Assembly (NCBI RefSeq): GCF_006345805.1
Contig: NW_021836304.1
Location: 10,284 to 74,283, forward strand
Direction: 5' to 3'
Source of the DNA: Octopus sinensis
Lineage: Eukaryota
DNA length: 64,000 nt
Each line of letters opens with the position of its first letter. Positions within the stretch are counted from its first letter, which is position 1. Made by a program: the position numbers and the translations under genes. Shown here piece by piece: positions 1 through 64,000 of the stretch. The notes beneath the pieces were generated by a model, which saw only the letters and a list, made by a program, of their open reading frames with translations, searched no databases and was not told the origin of the DNA.

Positions 1-751
1 TGAGTGTGTGTGTGTGTGTGCGCGCTTGTGCGAATGGGCTCACTCACGATGTTTGCTTTTGGTTTTGTAGTTAATGGCTATATATGTATAGGTTAAAAAT
101 ACTTAGCATTTGAGAAGAAGAAATCCTCAAGAGATTTTAACCATCCGTCTTACATTGTGCTTCAATAAAAAAATAAAAATTCTACTTAAGCACTCTTTTT
201 TTTTTTTTGGTGTTGTATGTACACCTTTTTCTCCGTTTGTCATTTCACTCTCAATGCCGTCTTCCGAAGTGGATTTTGGTAAAACGGTGCCAAACGACTG
301 GACAAGCAATTAATTCAAGTGAGCCACTTATGCGTTTCAGGAAAATTTGGATATGTATAAATAACAGTCTCTATATACGAGGGAATAAATACCCAGAGGG
401 ATATGTTCCTAGAATAATTTGAAAATTTATACGATTTCAATAATTTGCAACTAATTTAATAAAACTAATGTGGTGATCACTAAGTTTAGCACAACAGTTT
501 TACTTTTATCATTTAGAATTTAGTATCATATTGTTTGGTGGACGGCGATAATCATTCTATTGTTATTTGGAATTTTGCCTGCGGATAACTTGTTTGCTGT
601 ATATTTGTAATATTTTGAGCTATTCGCCATTTTGCTGTTCTCGTTGTTGCCGTTGCTATCGTTGTGGCTGTTGCTATACACACATAGACATTTATATAGA
701 CGCATGCACATTCATATATATCCATATACATGTGTGTGTGTATGTGTCGAT

Positions 752-789
<38 letters not shown>

Positions 790-996
790 CACGTACATAC
801 ATGTTTACGCTTATATATATATATATATATATATAATCATTATTATTTGCGGGAATAAAATCCAAACTGACAAGGAAAAAAATTTAATTTAGAAATACTA
901 AATATTGTGTATGTCTCTATGTGTATGTATGTGTGATTTTTCTATTATATGTAATTTAATTGCTCATTTTGAATTGAAAAGGTGTTTTTTTCTAAT

Positions 997-1054
<58 letters not shown>

Positions 1055-1381
1055 GACATACAAACACATATACATACAAGCATACATAAATATTTTCTAA
1101 CAGATATACCGTTTTACAATTAATACAATCAAATTGCTTTGTAAAATGAAGTTGAAATAACTGTAATGTGATATATTTCTGAAAAGTATTGCAATAACAC
1201 TACCTATTTAGGCATTGACTGCTATCTTGAAAGAAGTCTCTTTCATTTTATTCTCATCAACATATCTATATAACCATATACATGTATGTACATGTATATG
1301 GTTATATAGATAGATAGATAATACATAAATAAACATATAAATATATACACACACACATACAAATATATGCACATATACATA

Positions 1382-1435
<54 letters not shown>

Positions 1436-1959
1436 CATCTCCCCCTCATCTCCCCTCTCTACACTACACCATACGACATTACACATCACATCATACATAC
1501 ATACATACATTCTCTCATACACACACGCACCCTTATGTTGGGGCAAAGTCATTTGACCCTGTTATCTCCCCTATTTTTGCTCTTGCGTCTCACGTTTGAT
1601 CTCTGACTTCTGGCCAGAATCGCCAGGTTGAATCGCTAGCTTCTGCACGCATTTTTTTTCTCTCCTTGTTTCTCTCCGTGTTTCTTTTCTGTGTATCTTT
1701 CTGTTGAAGAGCGTTGGCTCGAAACGTAAAAGACTTGTTTTATTTATATTCCTGAGGGCCATACTAATACAATTGTTTGTTTGTACTCCACCTGCCTTCG
1801 TCTTTTGTTATTTTCATAAAGCTTCTCGTTATATACACACACTATATATTATATTATATATTATATATATATTATATACTATACAGACACACACACACAC
1901 ATGTATATATGTAAATATCTACTACATATGTGGAAATCGGTGTGTGTTTGTTCGTGGCG

Positions 1960-2925
1960 TTGTTATCTAACGCCTCCAGAAAGAAGTATAAAGCAAGGAT
2001 GATTGTTGAAAACCGAAGGCAAGAGTGTGAAGAGAGATGAGATTTTCTCAAGATCAGCAAATGCATGTTGCAGCACTTAATGCTGGATCATTAAATCAAT
2101 GTTCTAATGATTAGACAGAAGTCCAGTAAAATAGCTCTCAGAAACAGACTATGTACAAATTTGTTCTTCTTCACAACTCCTGAAGCTGTTTTCAGATATG
2201 ATCCATCCCATTCTTATAAAAATGATAACTCTGTCCAAATTGGTGTGCTAAACACAAATTGTCATTTCTGTAGAGCTTTAAAAATTTCAAATGAAACAAA
2301 TGCTATGTGCTGCTCAGGCAGTCAGGTAACATTGCCAGCACTACGAGTCCATTCTCAACTTCTTATGGATCTTCTAGAAGGCGCTTCCATCCAATCAAAG
2401 GATTTTCTGAACAATATCAGACAATACAACTCTGCATTTCAAATGATATCGTTTGGTGCATCTAAAAAGATAGATAAACATGAATTTACGCCGACGTCAA
2501 AGTTCAAGGGCAAGTCTATCACTTCATTGGTTCCCTGTTATCCACAAATAAACAGCCACAGTTCTTCCAAATTTACTTTATGAGTAATGTAGGACAACAA
2601 ACCCGAAGGATGTGTTAAAATTTCAGATGATGGGTCGTGTTAGACACAGCGCTGACTGCTGCAAAAGAGAGTATATCCACTGACAGCTTTTTGGTGCGTT
2701 GAAAAATCACATAACCCCCATCTCCAATTTCCCATGACAGGTTAGGTCCTGAAATACTCCAAACGGACGCATAACATGTTGCTTAGTCGAATTAGCCCAT
2801 CATTTACTCCACAAATGTTTTGTTGTCAATGCTGCACTTTCCCATATCACCTGTTTCAACATAACTGTAATATATACACAAACTATGCCGTTTTAATCCT
2901 GAGCAACGCCGGGTATCTCTACTAG
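1960..2925 (+). mobile_element. Helitron remnant (Rep N-terminal region, frameshifted) with 3' terminus
   Basis: ORF 2107-2583 has CHFCRALK...MCCSG...FLNNIRQYNSAFQMISFG, then after a frameshift KVQGQVYHFIGSLL...QIYF. The 3' end has an imperfect hairpin CCTGAGCAACGCCGGG and CTAG at 2922-2925. Left boundary approximate. Confidence 0.85.
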
Positions 2926-2937
2926 CATACATATGTT

Positions 2938-2982
<45 letters not shown>

Positions 2983-3371
2983 TGTGTGTGTGTGTGCGTG
3001 CGTGCGTCTGTTGATCTGTAAAGCGATAGTTCTGAAGTGACTGACAAGTAACTTTCCCCCACCCTTCCCTTCGGTACAGACCAAATGTGCCGCAGACATT
3101 TTTCTAGTTACTTTGGACAACAACACAATTGTTCTGGTAAACTGGAGGATAGGAGGGAGGGGGAGGGGGATTCAGCCATACATTTAAGAAATTACGACAC
3201 ATACATACATACATACATACATACATACATGCATACATACATGCATATATGTATGCATACATACGTAAATACATACATATATGTATGCATATATACATAC
3301 TCAGACGTACTTATACAAAATATACATACATTGAAACACAAAATACACACACGTGCTCTCAATATACATAC

Positions 3372-3414
<43 letters not shown>

Positions 3415-3543
3415 AATATATATATATATACATATATACATACATAGATGGATACACACACACTCACACATACACACACACTCACACAAGTGTATATGTA
3501 TGTATATTTCTCTATATATATAAATATACATATATAAATATAC

Positions 3544-3581
<38 letters not shown>

Positions 3582-3955
3582 GTACCCACAAGGGGCTAAA
3601 CACAGAGGGGACAAACAAGGACTGACAAACGAATTAAGTCGATTACATCGACCCCAGTGCGCAACTGGTACTTAATTTATCGACCCCGAAAATTGATATC
3701 CCTCAAAATTTCAGGCCTTGTGCCTATAGTAGAAAGGATTATTATAGGCACACAAACCATTAAAAATCAAGTTGTTTCTGTACACATTCTCTGCAGTCAC
3801 GTGTATGGACATGCTAACGAGAAAACACAAGCATATACGTACGCATATACACACAGACACAAACACAAACACACACACACGCACACAAACATATGTTATA
3901 TATAAAACATATATATATATATATATATTATATACACACACATACATATATTATG

Positions 3956-3986
<31 letters not shown>

Positions 3987-4956
3987 GTATATATATATAT
4001 ATTATATATATATCTATAAATATATATATATACATACACATACGTATATGTATACAATATCTATATATACATATAAATGTCTCTTATATGTGTCTGTATA
4101 TGTGTAAGTATATATAAAGTATATATATATACAAATATATGTACGTATGTATGTATGAATGTATACGCACACACGCGCACACAAACACATACACACACAT
4201 ACACACACACTCATGCACACGCTTACACACACATAAGTATTTTTTAGTGTATTTGTATTTTTTTTGTATTTGTATTTTTTTTGTATTTGTATTTTTATTG
4301 TATTTTTTATTATTTTTTTTAATTGTATTTGAAAGTCGTCCAAAAATGTACTTATATAATGACCCAATTATTTCCTAGAACAACTCCTTTCGTTTCACCT
4401 TATCATTTAGCTAATCCGATTATCACCCTTGATTTTGTTGTTGTTGTTTGTTTTTCTTCCCCTCGCTAATCCTAATATCAAGTGACCGACTTGTATTCAC
4501 TCTTACATCAGAAATATGTCGAACATGATGACGTAGCGGACCATATACAGGACATTACACAATGAGGGCCTTCCCTACAAAATCACATGTAGAGTGCAAA
4601 TTGAGCAATTAGAAATTATTAACGTAAGGAATATAGATGAATAGCGAGAGAGAGAGATAAATTGATAGAAAGAGATAGATTGATAGTGAGAGAGAGAGGG
4701 GGGAGAGAGAGATACACATATCAATGCCTATACGGTTTACGCATATTTCTGTGTGCGTGTATGATTGTGTATCTGTGCGATCGTGTTTGTCAGTTTGTGT
4801 ATAGTGCAGCTGACCTTGCTTAGCGCGTAAATACATACATACAAATATCACACATGCATACGCACAGGCGCGCGAGCTCACACACACACACACACACACT
4901 TGCAGACATTAATGAATGTTTAATAAGTTTTCTTCGTAACCGTAAGGGAGCAAGTT

Positions 4957-5386
4957 GGATCTTTTCGGTTTGACCGGCAGTTTTTTCTAGCGGTGTCATA
5001 TGAAATCGTCACCCATAATTATGACCCTAGTATCGATCTATTGCATTTCAATCTGTTTTAGGGTTAGGGTTAGGGTTAGGGTCAGGGGTGGGGGGAAGGG
5101 TATCTTTTTTTCTTCACAAATGTAAATAAACCCAGTCTGTTTCTTAAACGAGGGACATATCTCACCGGACAGAATGTTTTTTTTACCTAAATAGACGTCA
5201 GTGATTGGTTGAAATTGCAGAAATTGAAGAAGAAAAGCAACAAATATCTTACAACCTATATAATTTTCTCAATAAATCCAAGAGAAAAAGATGTTTTATA
5301 AACACATTCTACTAGTATACGAAGTTTTAAATTTTTTAGTTACCCAGAAATTATGTTAAAAACTGCCGTTCAAACCGAAAAGATCC
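4957..5386. mobile_element. MITE with GG-starting 29-bp TIRs, 8-bp TSD (Merlin-like), carrying (TTAGGG)4
   Basis: TIR GGATCTTTTCGGTTTGA(C/A)CGGCAGTTTTT, 28/29 match; flanks AGCAAGTT / CGCAAGTT; TTAGGG x4 at 5058-5081. Confidence 0.8.
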
Positions 5387-5798
5387 CGCAAGTTCGATAC
5401 CACCAAGAGGTACATTTGAGAAATGTCATTGTCATAGCCACAGTTCGACCCAAGCTTCGTGTGTCAAATTCAGTGATTGGAAATTATGTGTCCCGCTGAT
5501 TCTCCCCGAGAGATATGTTAGGACTGTGAAATTTCTCTCCCGCTTCGATCGTTAATGTCACGAGTTGGTTAACTATCGGATTAAACAATTGTATATTATA
5601 CGTTGAAATATGTATGTCCTTATTCAGTCTTATTTCAAGATTTCATGCCAATAGAGAAAGAGCTGGTTTCTTACCTAGACCCGCGGCTCCTTCATTTGAA
5701 TTTCAATACCAACAGCAGGGTAATTTTGAATGTGTGTATGCATGCATGTAACGTACAGATTTGCATGTTCTGTTTTATATATGTCTTCTCATGCAAAT

Positions 5799-6183
5799 CT
5801 AGACCAGGATAAACTTCTGGAAAGCTTTACAGGTTTTTACAGTTACAGTGATGGAATGGATCTGTAGTCTTGGAATCAGCATTCTCCTTTCTGGTTTTGA
5901 GAAACCTAATTTCTCAAGATTGGTATTTAGACAGTGTGTTACATATCCGAGCACCTCAATAATTAAAAGTATAAACCTGAACTTGTAATCTGGATAAAGT
6001 AACCGCAGATTTCTCAATAGTTCAGCGTAGATATTCTCTTTTACACTGATCTTCAGTTTTATGTTAATATCCGCTGGACAGCTGATTTCCACAACTGTAC
6101 AGTGTCTCTTCTCTATCCCAAATCATTATATCAGGTCTATTGTGTTTATATTTTATTGAAATTTTCACTGTAACATTCCACTG
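5799..6183 (-). mobile_element. Non-LTR retrotransposon 3' end with restriction-like endonuclease (R2/R4/NeSL-type)
   Basis: WNVTVK...NRPDIMIWDREKRHCTVVEISCPADINIK...LLIIEVLGYV (PD..E RLE motif). Confidence 0.75.
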
Positions 6184-6319
6184 GTACTCCTTTTTACTCT
6201 GAGTGACTACGTATGTATGTACCCATTATCTTTTTACTTGTTTCAGTGACTGGACTAAAACCATGTTCGGGCACCGATTTGAATAGGTTCGACGAACAAA
6301 TTGACTACGGCACCTATTT

Positions 6320-8142
6320 TACATATACCTTCATATTCATGGAACAAATTTTCGCTTGCGAGAGCATGTGGAGTTCTTCATGTCTACACAGCTTCTTCGA
6401 ATACTCCAACAATAGTCTACCGTCATGTGTGCATTCCATTGGCCTTGATATCCCTCCCCCATAATCTTGAATGTTTGATGAAAACGCTCACCATGCTCAT
6501 CGCTCACGTCTCCGAGATTAGCAGGAAATTCATCGAGATGGTTATTGAGAAAATGAAGCTTTATGCTCATGTTGCAGCCTAAAAGATGAACGTTATCAAG
6601 TAATGTCGCCACCAATTTCTTGTAGTTTGCAGCATTTTCACTCCTGTCAAAATCCTTTCACAACAATCACAAACGAATCCCACGTTCTTTCTTCTATGTC
6701 AACCATCAAGCTCGAGAAATTCTGGCATTTCGTTGACTTTCTGATTTGTGGCCCATCAAAAACACCAGCCATTATTTTATCATAACTTAGGCCAGGAAAT
6801 GTTGTACATATGAATTTGAAACAGTTGCCTTCCAAATTAAGAACTTTGACAAATTGCTTCATTCGTCCTAGTTTAATATGAAGGAGTGGAAAGATGATTT
6901 TTCTCTCGCTCAACAAGTGGTTGGTGCATGATATTCTTCTACCCAACAGTCAAACTCGTCCTAACTGACCAGGGTTTCTGTTCCCAATGTTTGTCTTTTG
7001 CCTGGCTATCCCATAAACACAGGAAACGCGGATACTTTGTATACCCTCGTTGTTCGCCAAGTAAAAAGTTGACCATTTTAAAATCCACACATATGACCCA
7101 TTTCTGTTCGTCATACTTAGGTAAATCTAACTCAACTTTTATGTGATCTTAATTCTCTTTTAAATGCACTGACTGACCAGTGGGAAGCGCACTGAACATT
7201 ATAGAGTAATACACATTTTAGATTCTTCTTTGAACTATCTATAAAGAGTCTCCATTAACTAAGATCATACTGTTCAACACCCATCATGTTTAACAGTCCT
7301 GCCACGTCACAGCAGTAAACAAAATCTCTTCCAATTGTAAAGAATGTCAAGAGATCTTTTTCCTTGTTCTGATAAAAAAAAGTCACGTTTGTTTCTTTCT
7401 GTAACAAATTCTTCTCTTCAAGCCTAGAAGCTAACAGTCCTGATAACACTTTTGACAGTCCTGGGTCTCTAACTAAATCATTAAGCTCTGTCTGGTTGAA
7501 GTTTTCACGTTCTTTGGTTGATGTTTCTACAAAGTCTATATCACTGTTATGCTCATGATTTATATCTACTTCACATTTTACCTTGCAGTGAAGGTAGATC
7601 CTTGAAAAGGAGTATTGGTATTTCATCTGAATGAAGCACTGGGTGAATTGCTGAGTCCAGATTTGGGTAACTTATTTTTTTCACGTTCTCTTGTTACAAC
7701 AAGAAGTCTTTGTGAGACAAAAGTAGCTCCCACCATATCATTGGAATGTCAAATGTTAGCTGTTTCCTTGTGCCCTTAGTCCATTGGCGCATATTTTCGA
7801 CACAGGGTTTACATACATTGTGTGGGCCCACGATTTATCCAGATCGCCAACTTTAATCTTTAAGTAAGCCAAGTAGAATCTTTTCACAATGTCACCAATG
7901 TTCATTCTTTGACTTGGTACTATAGAACACCCACATATATAACGAAAAGAATCAGGGGAATTCAAACGTTTCAAGCATGGAGCTACTAGTGGGAGCTAAT
8001 ATGGGTCAATTCATAGAAAGAATACCTAGACGTGATAGAAAAAACAACTATTGCCATTTTTAAACTCAGTGACCCAAAATTACCCCCAAACAAGTCTCAA
8101 ATTTAGGTCATCAGAAAAACAGTATCAATTTATTGGTCAGTG
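6320..8142 (-). mobile_element. Chapaev3-like (CMC superfamily) DNA transposon, degenerate transposase
   Basis: Frameshifted ORFs: PDSFRYICG; NQTELNDLVRD..LSK; LHIKLGRMKQFVK; GVFDGPQIRK; GCNMSIKLHFL...SDEHGERFHQ...DYCW. The right end is ...CAGTG followed by TTA. Family name from recalled motifs, not a search. Confidence 0.7.
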
Positions 8143-8335
8143 TTATTTATCACACTTCGTGTTACTATCTTTTAGACTCCAAATAAACTTACAAAGTGGC
8201 GTCAAACTTTCCTTATTCGTATATTTAAAAGAAGAGACGTGTTTATATAAACGTGATTTGAAGCTGGTTGCGCAATAACCTACATAATACTGATTTCGTT
8301 TGCCTGTATGAACTGAGCATTTGTAAACTGTGTTT
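8143..8335 (-). mobile_element. Penelope-like GIY-YIG endonuclease fragment
   Basis: YYVGYCATSFKSRLYKHVSSFKY...TPLCKFIWSLKD. Confidence 0.75.
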
Positions 8336-8345
8336 TTCCTAAGGT

Positions 8346-8378
<33 letters not shown>

Positions 8379-8394
8379 CATACATACATACATA

Positions 8395-8472
<78 letters not shown>

Positions 8473-9490
8473 ATATGAGTGTGTGTGTGTATACATATGG
8501 AAGGTAGTACTGACTAAAGAAAAGTGACTTGAAGCCAGAGACGCTTTTCTATGCTGCGCAGGGACAAACATTTAAAATAAATTACACCAAATGCAAGATG
8601 ACAATGCAGCTGAGTGTAAGAAGCGCAAGTTGTGCGATGATAAAGGTGAGATTATATGGTATATTGTGCAGATAGCTAACCTAAAACGAATACAAAAGAA
8701 GATGCGATATTGTCGCAAGAATTATTTATTAGGAGATGTGTGGTAAATATGGGTTAGGTAGAGCATGAACGTGGCATGAACAGACCCTAAAAGGAGTAAT
8801 CGAGAATGACAAAGTAAACATACCTATGGGGTGTAATGATTAAATGTAATCTTGAAATTGAGCATCAAACGTCAATAAAGCGTTTACGATTATAGAGAAA
8901 AATATTCTGCTGAATCATGGATATTGCATATTCTAGTGATGACAGAGTATCACGAAAACACAAGAGAAGCCGGTCAGATATGATGATTTGAAGTGAGAAA
9001 CAAAGAGACTGCGGTCATTAAAGGAGATGAGTTTTATACCTGTTGTTGGTACCTTAGATATTGTAAGTAACAAGCTCAAACCCTGAGTCGAAAAGGTAGT
9101 GGGTGATTGTAAAATTTGAGCAACATTGCCTGGTCAGCACAATTCCTCTGTTCCTGAAATCTGAATGAAGTGTAACCCTAGGCCACTGGTTGTGGGCGGC
9201 TGATACTTCATGATGCTCAAGTTGATATGTTAAACAACAGTAGTAAAAGTAATAGTTTTTAATTTAGGCGTAAGGCCAGGAATTTTGAAGGGAGGAGAGC
9301 AAGTCAATTACAACGACCCCAAAACTCGAATAGTGCTTTATTTTATAATTTCCAAGAAAATAAAAGGCAAAGGTCAGCAAATTAGAAAGGAGGAATTTGT
9401 CATAAAAAGCTGGAATAAATACTACGCAGCATCTTTTTCGACGCTCTAACGACTTCGCCAATCCAGAGTCAGTAGTAGTAGTAGTAGTAA

Positions 9491-9537
<47 letters not shown>

Positions 9538-9561
9538 TAGTAGTAGTATGAACATACTTAC

Positions 9562-62653
<53,092 letters not shown>

Positions 62654-63134
62654 CTTCAAGAGATATAAAAAATTAATTGGATGAATAACGAAGAAACTGA
62701 AAGAATATATGCGCCATTCACTGTGTTTTGTCATGGAGAAAATTTCTCGCTGTAGACAAATGGTGTAAATACATTTAGATCAGCAGCGCCACCTATCAAG
62801 ACTGTGAGATGTCAGCATTTTGGAGTGATTATCTCCTCTTTAGTCACAGAAACAAAATGGTGGCACTGCGAACTGATAAGGGAGATAATCTCTCTTATGT
62901 TATTCCAGATGTATTAGTAATAGAGACACCAGAATTAATTGAGGAGAGAACATACCAGTTACTGCAGTCTTACAATAGGAGCGAGTGAACCAGATACTGC
63001 AGTCCTTCGTAATCTATAAAATAATAAGATGGTATTTCCTACTCAGCAATAAAACTTTCCGTTTGAGACAACAAATGACGTATAAGTGGGTTTTTTACAG
63101 CCAACGAATTACCACAAACACATACACACACACA

Positions 63135-63240
63135 CATAGTGCGTGGGTGTGAATGTAAGTGTGCGTGTATAAGTGTGTATGTGGGTGTGCGGGTGGTTGG
63201 GTGTGTGCACATAAGTGTACGTGTGTGTGTGTGTGTGTGT

Positions 63241-63278
<38 letters not shown>

Positions 63279-63797
63279 CGTGTATGTGTGTGTGTGTGTG
63301 TGTCTACGCACGCATTCATATATATTTTTATTCGTTTTTTTTTCAGTAATGTCAGTCTTTGCGTCCATGATGCGACACGGCCTTAGAAATTTACGTATAG
63401 AGGTTTATATACCTAAATATCTAGAAGTTTCTCTTCTGCATAGAGAGATAGATTAATACACACACACACACACACACACACATAGTGCGTGGGTGTGAAT
63501 GTAAGTGTGCGTGTATAATGTGTATGTGGGTGTGCGGGGTGGTTGGGTGTGTGGCACATAAGTGTACGTGTGTGTGTGTGTGTGTGTGGTGTGTGTGTGT
63601 GTGTGTGTGTGGTGTGTGTGCGTGCGTGTATGTGTGTGGTGTGTGTCTACGACGCATTCATATATATTTTTTTTCGTTTTTTTTTCAGTAATGTCAGTCT
63701 TTGCGTCCATGATGCGACACGGCCTTAAATTTACGTATAGAGGTTATATACCTAATATCTAGAAGTTTCTCTTCTGCATAGAGAGATAGATTAATAC
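63135..63797. repeat. Tandem duplication, period about 346 bp
   Basis: 63135-63457 repeated at 63481-63797, with small indels in the second copy. Confidence 0.9.
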
Positions 63798-63812
63798 ACA
63801 CACACACACACA

Positions 63813-63897
<85 letters not shown>

Positions 63898-64000
63898 TAC
63901 ATATATATATATATATACCTACATACATTCATACACACATACACACATACATACATACATAACATATATATATAATATATATATATATAATATATATATA

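Noticed and set aside
127-309. Short minus-strand ORF near the left edge
   Set aside because: No recognisable domain, it runs through a homopolymer, and it has no GPI-like character.
3104-3141. Strong polypyrimidine/CAG acceptor as a terminal exon
   Set aside because: It encodes only VYQNNCVVVQSN-stop, and the tract is a GGAG-type simple repeat.
4507-4574. Minus-strand segment with TAG acceptor and GTAAG donor as the last contactin exon
   Set aside because: The required phase gives GKALIV-stop, with no GPI signal or contactin similarity.
5058-5087. TTAGGG repeats as a chromosome end or fusion scar
   Set aside because: There are only four units, and they lie inside a TIR/TSD-bounded MITE.

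Overview
AT-rich, microsatellite-saturated animal DNA. An octopus origin is my inference from the SINE families and the density of (TA)n/(CA)n/(AAT)n/(GATA)n repeats. The window is almost entirely the body of one minus-strand gene, an invertebrate-type contactin with a C-type lectin-like domain, 6 Ig domains and 4 FN3 domains. I reconstructed it by hand as 20 GT-AG exons between 62653 and 9562 (3299 nt, 1099 complete codons, all intron phases compatible). The signal-peptide/N-terminal exons and the final GPI-signal exon were not found in the window. The introns hold several tRNA-derived SINE families, R4/Dong-like RLE LINE 3' ends and a ~560-bp non-coding element that both sit in (AAT)n arrays, Penelope-like remnants, Chapaev3-like transposase remnants, a Helitron remnant and several MITEs. 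The most notable non-gene signal is a well-formed minimal type I hammerhead ribozyme at 42634-42749 (+), with three further degenerate or variant hammerhead-like motif classes, two of them next to Penelope coding remnants. Repeat boundaries are approximate unless TSD/TIR coordinates are given. No database searches were run.
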